A DNA stretch of 22,784 nucleotides from Candidatus Methylomirabilia bacterium (GCA_046758965.1 JBHIBG010000039.1:1-22784); one strand, 5' to 3'. Positions 8,991 through 16,545 are shown, counted from the stretch's first letter. Made by a program: numbers and translations. Notes: generated by a model not told the origin, from the letters alone.

Positions 8991-10628
8991 ATGACGACAC
9001 CGTTCGAAGAGGCGCGCTCCCGGTGGCAGGGCCGCTTGGACCCGAAGGCAACGACGGCCTGGACTCACTCGGGGCTGCCCCTCCTGCCGCTCTACTTCCC
9101 CGAGCGCGACCTCGCCGGCTATCTGGAGAAGCTGGGGTTCCCCGGTGACTTCCCGATGACGCGCGGGATCTATCCCGGGATGTTCAGGGAGCGGCTCTGG
9201 ACTGTGCGCCAGTACTCCGGCTTCGGAACGCCGGAGGAGACCAACGCCCGCTACCGCTTCCTCCTGGAGCATGGGCAGACCGGTCTCTCCGTGGCCTTCG
9301 ACCTCCCGACCCAGATGGGGCTCGACTCCGACGATCCAGGCGCTCAGGGCGAGGTGGGCAAGGTGGGGGTAGCCATCGACACGGTAGACGACCTGGCTTC
9401 AGTCTTCGAGGGGATCCCGCTGGAGAAGATCAGCGTCTCCTTCACGATCAACGCGACGGCGGCGATCATTCTGGCCATGTACGTCGTCGTGGCGCAGGAG
9501 CGCGGCGTTGCGCCCCGCCTGCTCACCGGCACGATCCAGAACGACATCCTGAAGGAGTACGTGGCGCGCGGCACGTGGATCTTCCCCACCGAGCCTGCCC
9601 TCAGAATGATCGCCGACACGATCGAGTACGCCTCCCGGGAGCTCCCCCGCTTCAACCCGATCTCCATCGCCGGCGCCCACTTCAGGGACGCGGGGGCGAC
9701 GGCCGTGCAGGAGGCCGCCTTTACGCTGGCCGACGCCATCGCCTACGTCGAGTACGTGACCGGGCGCGGCCTCCCGATCGACGCCTTCGCTCCGCGGCTC
9801 AGCTTCTATTTCTACACGCACTCGGACCTCTTCGAGGAGGTGGCCAAGTACCGGGCGATGCGCCGCCTGTGGGCCCGGCTCATGCGCGACCGGTTCGGGG
9901 CCAAGGATCCGCGCTCGTGGCAGTTCCGCTTCGGCGTGGTGTGCGGCGGAAGCACGCTGACCCGCCAGGAGCCGTTGAACAACGTCGTGCGCGTCGCCTA
10001 CCAGGCGCTGGCCTCTGTCCTGGGCGGCGCCCAGACCATCTTTACATGCGCGTGGGACGAGGCCATCGCGATCCCCACCGAGGTCTCAGCCCTCCTGGCC
10101 CTCAGGACCCAGCAGGTCTTGGCTCACGAAACCAACGTCCCAGCGGTCGTGGATCCCCTGGGCGGGTCGTACTTTCTCGAGGACCTGACCGACCGGATGG
10201 AAACCGCCGTGGCGGAGCAGCTCGTCCAGATCGAGCGGGGCGGCGGCATGGTCGCGGCCATCGAGGCCGGGCGGGTTCAGCAGGAGATCGCCGACAGCGC
10301 TTACCGCTGGCAGGGGGCTGTGGAGGCCGGCGAGCGGCGGATCGTGGGCGTCAGTTGTGACCGGGCTGAGGAGGCGCCGGTGGGCGAGTTCTTTCGGGAG
10401 AATCCCCAGACGGTCAGCCACCAGCTCGCGCGCCTGGCTCGGAGCAAGGCGGGCCGCGATCCCAGGCGCGTGGAGAAGGCGCTTGATGCCCTTCATGAGG
10501 CGGCGCTGAAGGACGAGGCCCTGATGCCTCACTTCCTCGAGGCGGCGGCGGCTCGGGTGACGATCGGTGAAATGGTCGCCCGGCTTCGGCAACTTTTCGG
10601 GGTGTTCCGCGAGCCCCTGGTGTTTTAG
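8991..10628 (+). CDS. adenosylcobalamin-dependent acyl-CoA mutase, large (substrate-binding) subunit, methylmalonyl-CoA mutase family
   Basis: Motifs 'PGDFPMTRGIYPGM', 'WTVRQYSGFG', 'GQTGLSVAFDLPTQMG', 'GEVGKVGVAID', 'GTIQNDILKEYVARG', 'DPLGGSYFLE'. No C-terminal DxHxxG cobalamin-binding domain. Confidence 0.95.
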   Translation: MTTPFEEARSRWQGRLDPKATTAWTHSGLPLLPLYFPERDLAGYLEKLGFPGDFPMTRGIYPGMFRERLWTVRQYSGFGTPEETNARYRFLLEHGQTGLSVAFDLPTQMGLDSDDPGAQGEVGKVGVAIDTVDDLASVFEGIPLEKISVSFTINATAAIILAMYVVVAQERGVAPRLLTGTIQNDILKEYVARGTWIFPTEPALRMIADTIEYASRELPRFNPISIAGAHFRDAGATAVQEAAFTLADAIAYVEYVTGRGLPIDAFAPRLSFYFYTHSDLFEEVAKYRAMRRLWARLMRDRFGAKDPRSWQFRFGVVCGGSTLTRQEPLNNVVRVAYQALASVLGGAQTIFTCAWDEAIAIPTEVSALLALRTQQVLAHETNVPAVVDPLGGSYFLEDLTDRMETAVAEQLVQIERGGGMVAAIEAGRVQQEIADSAYRWQGAVEAGERRIVGVSCDRAEEAPVGEFFRENPQTVSHQLARLARSKAGRDPRRVEKALDALHEAALKDEALMPHFLEAAAARVTIGEMVARLRQLFGVFREPLVF

Positions 10629-10641
10629 CAGGGCCGAAGTG

Positions 10642-11403
10642 ATGGGCACGGGGATTCCCTGGACCGAGGAGGCCCGGCGGCGCGTTGAAAACGCCCCGGC
10701 CTTCGTCCGCCCCGGGATCTTGAAGCTCATGCAGAAGCGAGCCCGGGAACTGGGGCGGCCGGTCATCACCTCTGAGTTCCTCACCGAGATCCGCAACGAG
10801 TCCATGCTGCGGGTGGCCAAGTGCATCAAGGGGTTCGGCTTCGAGGAGCTCAGCATGGACGCCTTCGAGGTCGCCAAGGCCAAGATGCGGAAGCTCCCCC
10901 GGAAGCTCGAGGTCATCGAGGAGATCAAAGCCTTGCTGGCCGAGCGCACCCAGAAGAACGAGATGGTCCTGGCCAAGTTCCAACGCTACCTCGAGATGAT
11001 CCCTGACCGCGGCCTTCCGTGGAGCGAGGAGGCCGTGGCCCAACTTCAGCGCGCGCCGGCCTTCGTCCGGGAGCTCGCCCGGCAGGCGATCGAAGCCGAG
11101 GCCAGGCGACGGGGAGAGAAGGTTGTCACTCCCGAGGTGGTCGACTCCGCCCTGGGCTCTGTTCGCCGGACCGGCGAGGCGAGCGCCGAGGGAGAAGCGA
11201 TCCGGGCAGACGGGCCTCTCGACGGCATCTCGATGCTCTGGAGTGCGGAGGCCGAGGAACGGCTCCGGCGAATTCCGATCCCCGCGATCCGAGGAATGGT
11301 CATCCGCAGGGTCGAGGCCCATGCCCGGGAGCGGGGATTGCAGGTCGTGGACGTGGCTCTCTACGAGGCCGGGCGCTTGGGCAAACAGGGTAACGGGGGA
11401 TGA
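10642..11403 (+). CDS. protein with three PCP_red-type (BchB C-terminal-like) helical repeats
   Basis: Three copies of W[TS]xEAxxxLxxxPxxxR...A: 'WTEEARRRVENAPAFVR', 'WSEEAVAQLQRAPAFVR', 'WSAEAEERLRRIPIPAIR'. Start GTG 10639 or ATG 10642. Confidence 0.8.
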   Translation: MGTGIPWTEEARRRVENAPAFVRPGILKLMQKRARELGRPVITSEFLTEIRNESMLRVAKCIKGFGFEELSMDAFEVAKAKMRKLPRKLEVIEEIKALLAERTQKNEMVLAKFQRYLEMIPDRGLPWSEEAVAQLQRAPAFVRELARQAIEAEARRRGEKVVTPEVVDSALGSVRRTGEASAEGEAIRADGPLDGISMLWSAEAEERLRRIPIPAIRGMVIRRVEAHARERGLQVVDVALYEAGRLGKQGNGG

Positions 11404-11449
11404 GGGCCCGGCTTTCCGTGACCGTGGTTCTGGCGGAGGTGCTCGTCTG

Positions 11450-11767
11450 ATGGAGGAAGGCCAGCGGGAGTTTCTCGTGACCCAAGAGGAGTGGCGGCTG
11501 GCGCTCACCCGGGCGAAAGCCCTGAACGCCTACCGGCAGCGGCCCGTAGGGCAGTGGCCGTACGTGTGGGGGGTCAAGGGCCAGAGTGTGGTGCTTCGCT
11601 GGTATGACTACGCCATGGGGCATGTCAGAGGCGAGGAGGCGGAGGAGGGAGGGATCCGGTGCAGGCTCCTGGTTCTCGGCTGCACCGGGGAGATCAAGAA
11701 CCCGGCGGCCTACGCTCGGCTCAAAGAGCAGTTCTTCTCCGAACTCCTGGAACAGCAAGCCACCTGA
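11450..11767 (+). CDS. hypothetical protein (105 aa)
   Basis: ATG 11450 preceded by GGAGGT. Protein-like composition (MEEGQREFLVTQEEWRLAL...FFSELLEQQAT) and fits the operon spacing. Confidence 0.65.
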   Translation: MEEGQREFLVTQEEWRLALTRAKALNAYRQRPVGQWPYVWGVKGQSVVLRWYDYAMGHVRGEEAEEGGIRCRLLVLGCTGEIKNPAAYARLKEQFFSELLEQQAT

Positions 11768-11793
11768 TTCTTCGACGGCTGGCAGGCAACAGT

Positions 11794-12279
11794 ATGGGAG
11801 CGAGGGGTCTCTCGAGCCGGAAGATCCCGCACGAGCGGGCCTGGAACGTGGTCTTCCGCACGGTTCACCTCATGGCTTTCGGCCTGGTCCTGGGGGGCCA
11901 CGCCTGGGAGGTGGAGCTTGATCGCCTCCTCGTCGCCTTCTGGGTGACCGTCTTGAGCGGCGTGGCACTCATGGGCATCGAGCTGTTCAAGAGCCTCGAA
12001 TGGGTCTTCCTCGGCAAGGGGATCATGGTCCTGGCCAAGCTCGGGCTGCTCCTGCTCGTGCCGGTCTTCTGGGAGGCCCGGCTCCCGCTGCTCCTGGCGG
12101 TGGTGGTTGTGGCGTCGGTAGGGTCGCATATGCCGTCACGGTTCCGGCATTACTCACTGCTCCGCCGTCGGGTCCTGCTGCCGTCCGAGGAGAGCGCGAC
12201 GCGCTTGCAGGACGCTCGGCCCGAGCCCGCGTCGCTCCGCCACGCGAGGGGCGGGGCGCGGGGGGGCGGTCAAGGCTGA
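11794..12279 (+). CDS. hypothetical integral membrane protein (~4 TM helices)
   Basis: Hydrophobic segments 'VVFRTVHLMAFGLVLGG', 'LLVAFWVTVLSGVALMGI', 'IMVLAKLGLLLLVPVFW', 'LPLLLAVVVVASVG'. ATG 11794 lies just after the previous stop. Confidence 0.75.
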   Translation: MGARGLSSRKIPHERAWNVVFRTVHLMAFGLVLGGHAWEVELDRLLVAFWVTVLSGVALMGIELFKSLEWVFLGKGIMVLAKLGLLLLVPVFWEARLPLLLAVVVVASVGSHMPSRFRHYSLLRRRVLLPSEESATRLQDARPEPASLRHARGGARGGGQG

Positions 12280-12430
12280 GTCCTCAGAGCTTGATCCGGC
12301 TGGCGACCTGCCCCGGGACGCCGCGGAGGTAGTCCCTGTCCTGAGTCGGAGAGTTCGGCGTCGGAGCTGATGGCAGGTGAGGCGCCTCTCACGGGGGAAC
12401 CGAGGAGCTGGCCTGAACAGGAGACGAGAA

Positions 12431-13519
12431 ATGCGTGAGCGCGTGCGAGTCGGAGCCGCCCAGGTGGCGCCCCGATTCTTCGACAAACAGGGGACGCTCG
12501 AGACGACGCTGCGGTACATCCGCCTGGCAGCCGACGAGGGGATCGACCTGCTCGTCTTCCCCGAGACCTACTTCGCGGCCTATCCGTACTGGCGGGGCTC
12601 CGTGTCGGTCAGGCGCTCGACCGAGTTGATCGTGGAGATGCAGAAGAGCGCCATCAGGGTCGGGGACGAGGCGGCCCGGAGCATCGAGGCCGAGGCGCGC
12701 AGGTGCGGGGTGAACTGCGTGGTGGGGTCTAACGAGCTGGACGACCGGCCCGGCAGCCTCACGCTGTTCAACAGCCTGCTCTTCTTTGACCGGGAGAAGG
12801 GGTACGTGGGTCGTCACCGGAAGCTCATGCCGACCCATTCCGAGCGCGTCTACTGGGGGATGGGCGACGCCTCGGACATCAACGTCTTCGGGATGGATAT
12901 CGGCCAGGTCGGCGGGTGCATCTGCTACGAGCACCACATGACTCTGCTGCGGGCGGCCATGGCGATCAAGGGGGAGGAGATCCACTGCGCGGTGTGGCCC
13001 GGTTGGTGGTCAGTGGAGCGGCACCTGGGGGACAAGAAGGCCGAGCCGGGTTCCCACCGATGCGACATCGAGCCGGCGATCCGCGAGTACGCGATCGAGA
13101 ACCAGGCCTTCGTGATCTCATCGAGCTGGTACTTGCCTCCAGAGGCCATCCCCGCGGACCTCCGCGATGAGATCCGCTACAACCTGGCGGTGGGAGGGAG
13201 CTGTATCGTCAGCCCAGCAGGCGTCTATGTGGCCGAGCCGGTGTTCCAGAAGGAGACGATCGTGTCAGCCACGATCGAGGCCGAGGACAGGCGCGTGGCC
13301 AAGGCCTACTTCGACTGCGTCGGCCACTACGCGCGCTTCGACCTGCTGACTCTCGGGATCCGGGGCGAGGCCTGGACCCCGACGGGGGCGCGCCAGGTGG
13401 TCGAGGGACCGTCCCCCGCCCTCCAGACCCGGCTCGGGGAGGTGGCGGCCCGGTACGGGGTCGAGCCCGAGCAGGTGGTGCAACTGGCCGAGAAGGTCCT
13501 CGCCGCCGAGCGCCCGTAG
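12431..13519 (+). CDS. nitrilase (carbon-nitrogen hydrolase family)
   Basis: Catalytic triad motifs 'LLVFPE', 'HRKLMPTHSERVYWGMGD', 'GGCICYEH'; also 'GGSCIVSPAG' and 'FDCVGHYARFDLL'. ATG 12431 follows AGGAG. Confidence 0.93.
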   Translation: MRERVRVGAAQVAPRFFDKQGTLETTLRYIRLAADEGIDLLVFPETYFAAYPYWRGSVSVRRSTELIVEMQKSAIRVGDEAARSIEAEARRCGVNCVVGSNELDDRPGSLTLFNSLLFFDREKGYVGRHRKLMPTHSERVYWGMGDASDINVFGMDIGQVGGCICYEHHMTLLRAAMAIKGEEIHCAVWPGWWSVERHLGDKKAEPGSHRCDIEPAIREYAIENQAFVISSSWYLPPEAIPADLRDEIRYNLAVGGSCIVSPAGVYVAEPVFQKETIVSATIEAEDRRVAKAYFDCVGHYARFDLLTLGIRGEAWTPTGARQVVEGPSPALQTRLGEVAARYGVEPEQVVQLAEKVLAAERP

Positions 13520-13570
13520 AAGGGGTGCGCATCGCGCCCCAGAATCATTTGCTCGGTTCTCCCCGACCTC
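13323..13570 (+). repeat. 248-bp direct repeat, copy 1 (nitrilase 3' end plus ~50 bp downstream)
   Basis: Identical by eye to 16025-16272 (gccactacgcgcgcttcgacc...ttctccccgacctc), offset 2702. Similarity continues with 2 mismatches to 13582/16284. Confidence 0.97.
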
Positions 13571-13574
13571 AGGG

Positions 13575-14012
13575 TTGACCGGGGGTGGTGGAGAGAAGGC
13601 AACGGAGATCGCCAGACTGCTCATCACCCTGACCTCGGTTCTTGCTCTTATGGCAGCCGCTTCGCCGCCTTCTTGGGGTGGCGAACTGCCCCCTCCGCTC
13701 AAGACCGCCAAGGCGGGCAAGTTGGCCACCATTCTCGTGGACCCCAACGGCATGACCCTCTACATCTACGCTCCGGACACCCAGCCGGGCAAGAGCGCGT
13801 GCATCGGAGGCTGCGCGCAGAACTGGCCGCCCATCAGGCCTGGAGCGTATGACCCTGCGCCCAAGGCGGCGCTTAGCGTCATCACGCGCGACGACGGCTC
13901 GAAGCAGTACGCGTACAAGCGCAAGTCCCTTTACTTCTGGGTCCGCGACAGGAAGCCGGGCGACACAACGGGCCACCAACTCGGCGGCGTCTGGTTCGTC
14001 GCCCAGCCATAG
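13575..14012 (+). CDS. secreted protein of the COG4315 (Yx(FWY)xxD repeat, Lipoprotein_15) family
   Basis: Signal-like segment 'RLLITLTSVLALMAAA'. Motifs 'LVDPNGMTLYIYAPD', 'SACIGGCAQNWPP', 'ITRDDGSKQYAYK..LYFWVRDRKPGDTTG..GGVW'. Start uncertain (TTG 13575 or ATG 13650). Confidence 0.85.
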   Translation: MTGGGGEKATEIARLLITLTSVLALMAAASPPSWGGELPPPLKTAKAGKLATILVDPNGMTLYIYAPDTQPGKSACIGGCAQNWPPIRPGAYDPAPKAALSVITRDDGSKQYAYKRKSLYFWVRDRKPGDTTGHQLGGVWFVAQP

Positions 14013-14233
14013 CACACCACGCGGCGGAGAGGTGCTCGCTATCGAGCCCGCGAGTCAGGGATGCGTGGGACCCTGGAGGGGTTCCGCCTGACCTCTGGAT
14101 TTATGTAGTTTGCGTTGACACACAGGGCGGTCAGGACGGCGCAGAGGGGGGACTCGTCCGGCCAGCACTGCCTTCCCGTCGGAGCCGACAACGTTTCCCG
14201 AACGATGTCGAAGTTAATCGCTTGACTCGGCCT

Positions 14234-15655
14234 TCAGCCGCCGGTCTCGACGATCTGGGCCGACACCTCCCGGATGTGCAGTTCGTGGTCGCGGCCAGGG
14301 TGCTCGCTCACGTCCAAGACGACGAGGTCGACCGTCACAACGGTTGTCTTCTCGGGGGTGATCACAAAAGTGGCGGCGACGGGGTCGTCGACGACCTTGA
14401 CGCTTGGTCTCCTTCCATCCTTCAGGACCCCCCGGGCGTTTTCCAGATTGATCCTAATCCATCGGTACTCCCCGATCGGGGCCTCTTCGTTGAGGATCAC
14501 GGCATACCGGCCCTTCACCAGCTGTGTCAGGTCTACTTGCCGTTCCGAGGGAGCAAACACCATCCAAGCGCCCGCTTGGGGCCGTGACCCACGCTGGATG
14601 CCGATCTGGGCGATGCCAAGCTCCAATCGCTTGAAGTCAGCGATGGCCTCTCGGTGGTCTTTCAATCTGACCTCGATCTGCCCTCGATCCAGGGCGGCGA
14701 GCTGGCGCACCTCGCGGTCCAGCCCCTGCCCGGGGAACGATTCGATGGGGTAGAACTCATAGCGCACCGAAAAGGTCTTGACTGTCTCTGGTGCGTCCCA
14801 GCGAATCCGGAAGACCAAGGGAAACTCCTTTTCCTCGCCAGGCTCTAGAGTTGTTTGAATGAAGCAAAAGCACTGGACGATCTCCAGATATTTGTCAGCG
14901 AGCTCTTTCGGCTGATCGATGTGTATCGCCTTGGCGGTCACCGGCTTGTCGGAGAGGTTCCTTGCCCGATAGACCGCGCGAAGGGTTTCGCCCGGCTTTG
15001 CCAGGACCACCTCCTGAACAGGCCAGAACTTCCACGGAAGGTTGCGCTTGACCTCTGCTTCAAACTGAATCCGGATGGCGCCAGCCCAGTTGAGGAGGAT
15101 ACGCCACCCCTGGGGCTCCTTGATCAGCTGCCAATCCTCTTCACCCTCGATCATCGGAAGCTCCCCCGCCCGGTGCATCGCGTCCAGTCTGGCAACGAGA
15201 GCGCCAAGCTGGGTGTCGGACAGGCGGGCGAGAGGGTCGGGCTCGAAATCGAGCAACAGCTGCCGAAGGCTGGGATCACTGGCATCGGGTAACCGGACCT
15301 TAAACCTCATCGTGGCGCGGCCATTTTTAACATCCGTGACCACGTCGCGGTATTCAATGAAGGACGCGAGCTTCCGGGCGAGGGTGAGGGCCGCGCCGGT
15401 AAAGAATTTATTCTCACGGAGGTACTCCTCCTGACTCTTCCACTGTCTATCTGCACTCGAGATGAGGCCATAAGCCTCTTTGTAGTCTCGCGCGTAGACG
15501 GCTTCCAGGTATAGTTTCAAAACCTCTTGCGGTCCGCGATCGGCAGAGATTGCGGCGACCTCGGACGAATTTACGGTGGCCGCATGGAGCGAGAGATAGC
15601 CGCCGAGGGCAACCGCTATCACAACGGCACGGCGCAGTTGTTTGGCGTGGCACAT
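14234..15655 (-). CDS. exported multidomain protein: N-terminal domain + CtaG/Cox11 copper-chaperone domain + C-terminal DUF4382-like domain
   Basis: N-terminal hydrophobic leader. Cox11-type segment 'IQFEAEV..LPWKFWPVQEVVLAKPGE...YRARNLSDKPVTAKA...IVQCFCFIQTTLEPGEEKEFPLVFRI'. C-terminal 'IEVRLKDH...VDLTQL...GEYRWIRI...TTVVTVDL' resembles DUF4382 (less certain). Confidence 0.8.
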   Translation of the reverse strand: MCHAKQLRRAVVIAVALGGYLSLHAATVNSSEVAAISADRGPQEVLKLYLEAVYARDYKEAYGLISSADRQWKSQEEYLRENKFFTGAALTLARKLASFIEYRDVVTDVKNGRATMRFKVRLPDASDPSLRQLLLDFEPDPLARLSDTQLGALVARLDAMHRAGELPMIEGEEDWQLIKEPQGWRILLNWAGAIRIQFEAEVKRNLPWKFWPVQEVVLAKPGETLRAVYRARNLSDKPVTAKAIHIDQPKELADKYLEIVQCFCFIQTTLEPGEEKEFPLVFRIRWDAPETVKTFSVRYEFYPIESFPGQGLDREVRQLAALDRGQIEVRLKDHREAIADFKRLELGIAQIGIQRGSRPQAGAWMVFAPSERQVDLTQLVKGRYAVILNEEAPIGEYRWIRINLENARGVLKDGRRPSVKVVDDPVAATFVITPEKTTVVTVDLVVLDVSEHPGRDHELHIREVSAQIVETGG

Positions 15656-15862
15656 GCTATTTCTTCAAATGGAACCGCGGGATGTAGGCATCTCCCGACC
15701 TAGCTACTTCGACAACGCCACAGGTCACTGCCGCGGGCTTCCCGCTCTACATTCGGGCTGAGCGGGCCACGGAGTACAGCACGCGTCGGCGGGGTAGTCG
15801 TGCAAACACTCACCCCTTGTGCTGTTCCATGGAGATTTATCCCCTAAGGTTACACACGACGA

Positions 15863-15891
15863 CTTATACATCACGCCCCACGGGGTGTCAA
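15863..15891 (-). promoter_or_regulatory. sigma70 promoter (TTGACA-N17-TATAAG) with an overlapping G/C-tract palindrome resembling a CsoR/RcnR operator
   Basis: Minus strand reads TTGACA-ccccgtggggcgtgatg-TATAAG. Imperfect palindrome ACACCCC-GT-GGGGCGT at 15873-15888. Oriented toward the Cox11-domain gene. Confidence 0.65.
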
Positions 15892-16024
15892 GGATGTAGC
15901 GAGCACATTCTCGACGGCAGTCCGCATCGCTGGCTGATTCTACAATGCCACCTTCGGCCGGGCGCCGGTCGCCCCCAACCGGCGCCTTCCCCCCTGGGCC
16001 GCGTCGACTTGGATCAGGTCCTCT

Positions 16025-16272
16025 GCCACTACGCGCGCTTCGACCTGCTGACTCTCGGGATCCGGGGCGAGGCCTGGACCCCGACGGGGGCGCGCCAGGT
16101 GGTCGAGGGACCGTCCCCCGCCCTCCAGACCCGGCTCGGGGAGGTGGCGGCCCGGTACGGGGTCGAGCCCGAGCAGGTGGTGCAACTGGCCGAGAAGGTC
16201 CTCGCCGCCGAGCGCCCGTAGAAGGGGTGCGCATCGCGCCCCAGAATCATTTGCTCGGTTCTCCCCGACCTC
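16025..16272 (+). repeat. 248-bp direct repeat, copy 2 (orphan nitrilase 3' fragment)
   Basis: Encodes HYARFDLL...AAERP* identical to the nitrilase C-terminus, with no upstream nitrilase sequence. Confidence 0.97.
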
Positions 16273-16545
16273 TGGATTGACCGGCTAGCCAGGGACGCCC
16301 CGGAACTTGGCGCTCAGGCCGTTCAGCCTTATCGGCAGAGGGGACGCAGCCTCGAGCCGGTCGTCACCTCTCGAAGCGCGTCCCTGTGGCGGGCTAACCC
16401 CGGGCGGGAGCCCCCCCTCGCGGCCCCCCGAGATGCTCGCGGGTTCTAAGTCAATTGCAGCGTAAAAATGAGGCGTTTGGCCGATGGACTTCGATCGCGT
16501 TGGCAGTCAATACTGTCAGTATATCCATTTAGTCTGTTGACTTCA

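Noticed and set aside
10642..11403. Chlorophyll biosynthesis / phototrophy implied by PCP_red domains
   Set aside because: Only the small helical domain is present; no BchN/BchB catalytic or BchL sequence in the window.
15961..15990. Hairpin ggcgccggt-N8-accggcgcc as an intrinsic terminator
   Set aside because: No U-tract and no supported gene ends immediately upstream; such stems are common at this GC content.
13571..16024. IS element, prophage or integron
   Set aside because: No transposase, integrase, phage gene, terminal inverted repeats or attC-like structure recognised.
15817..16221. 134-aa ORF ending in the nitrilase C-terminus
   Set aside because: Chimeric read-through into the duplicated fragment. 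Its 5' half crosses the opposite-strand promoter and it lacks the catalytic triad.
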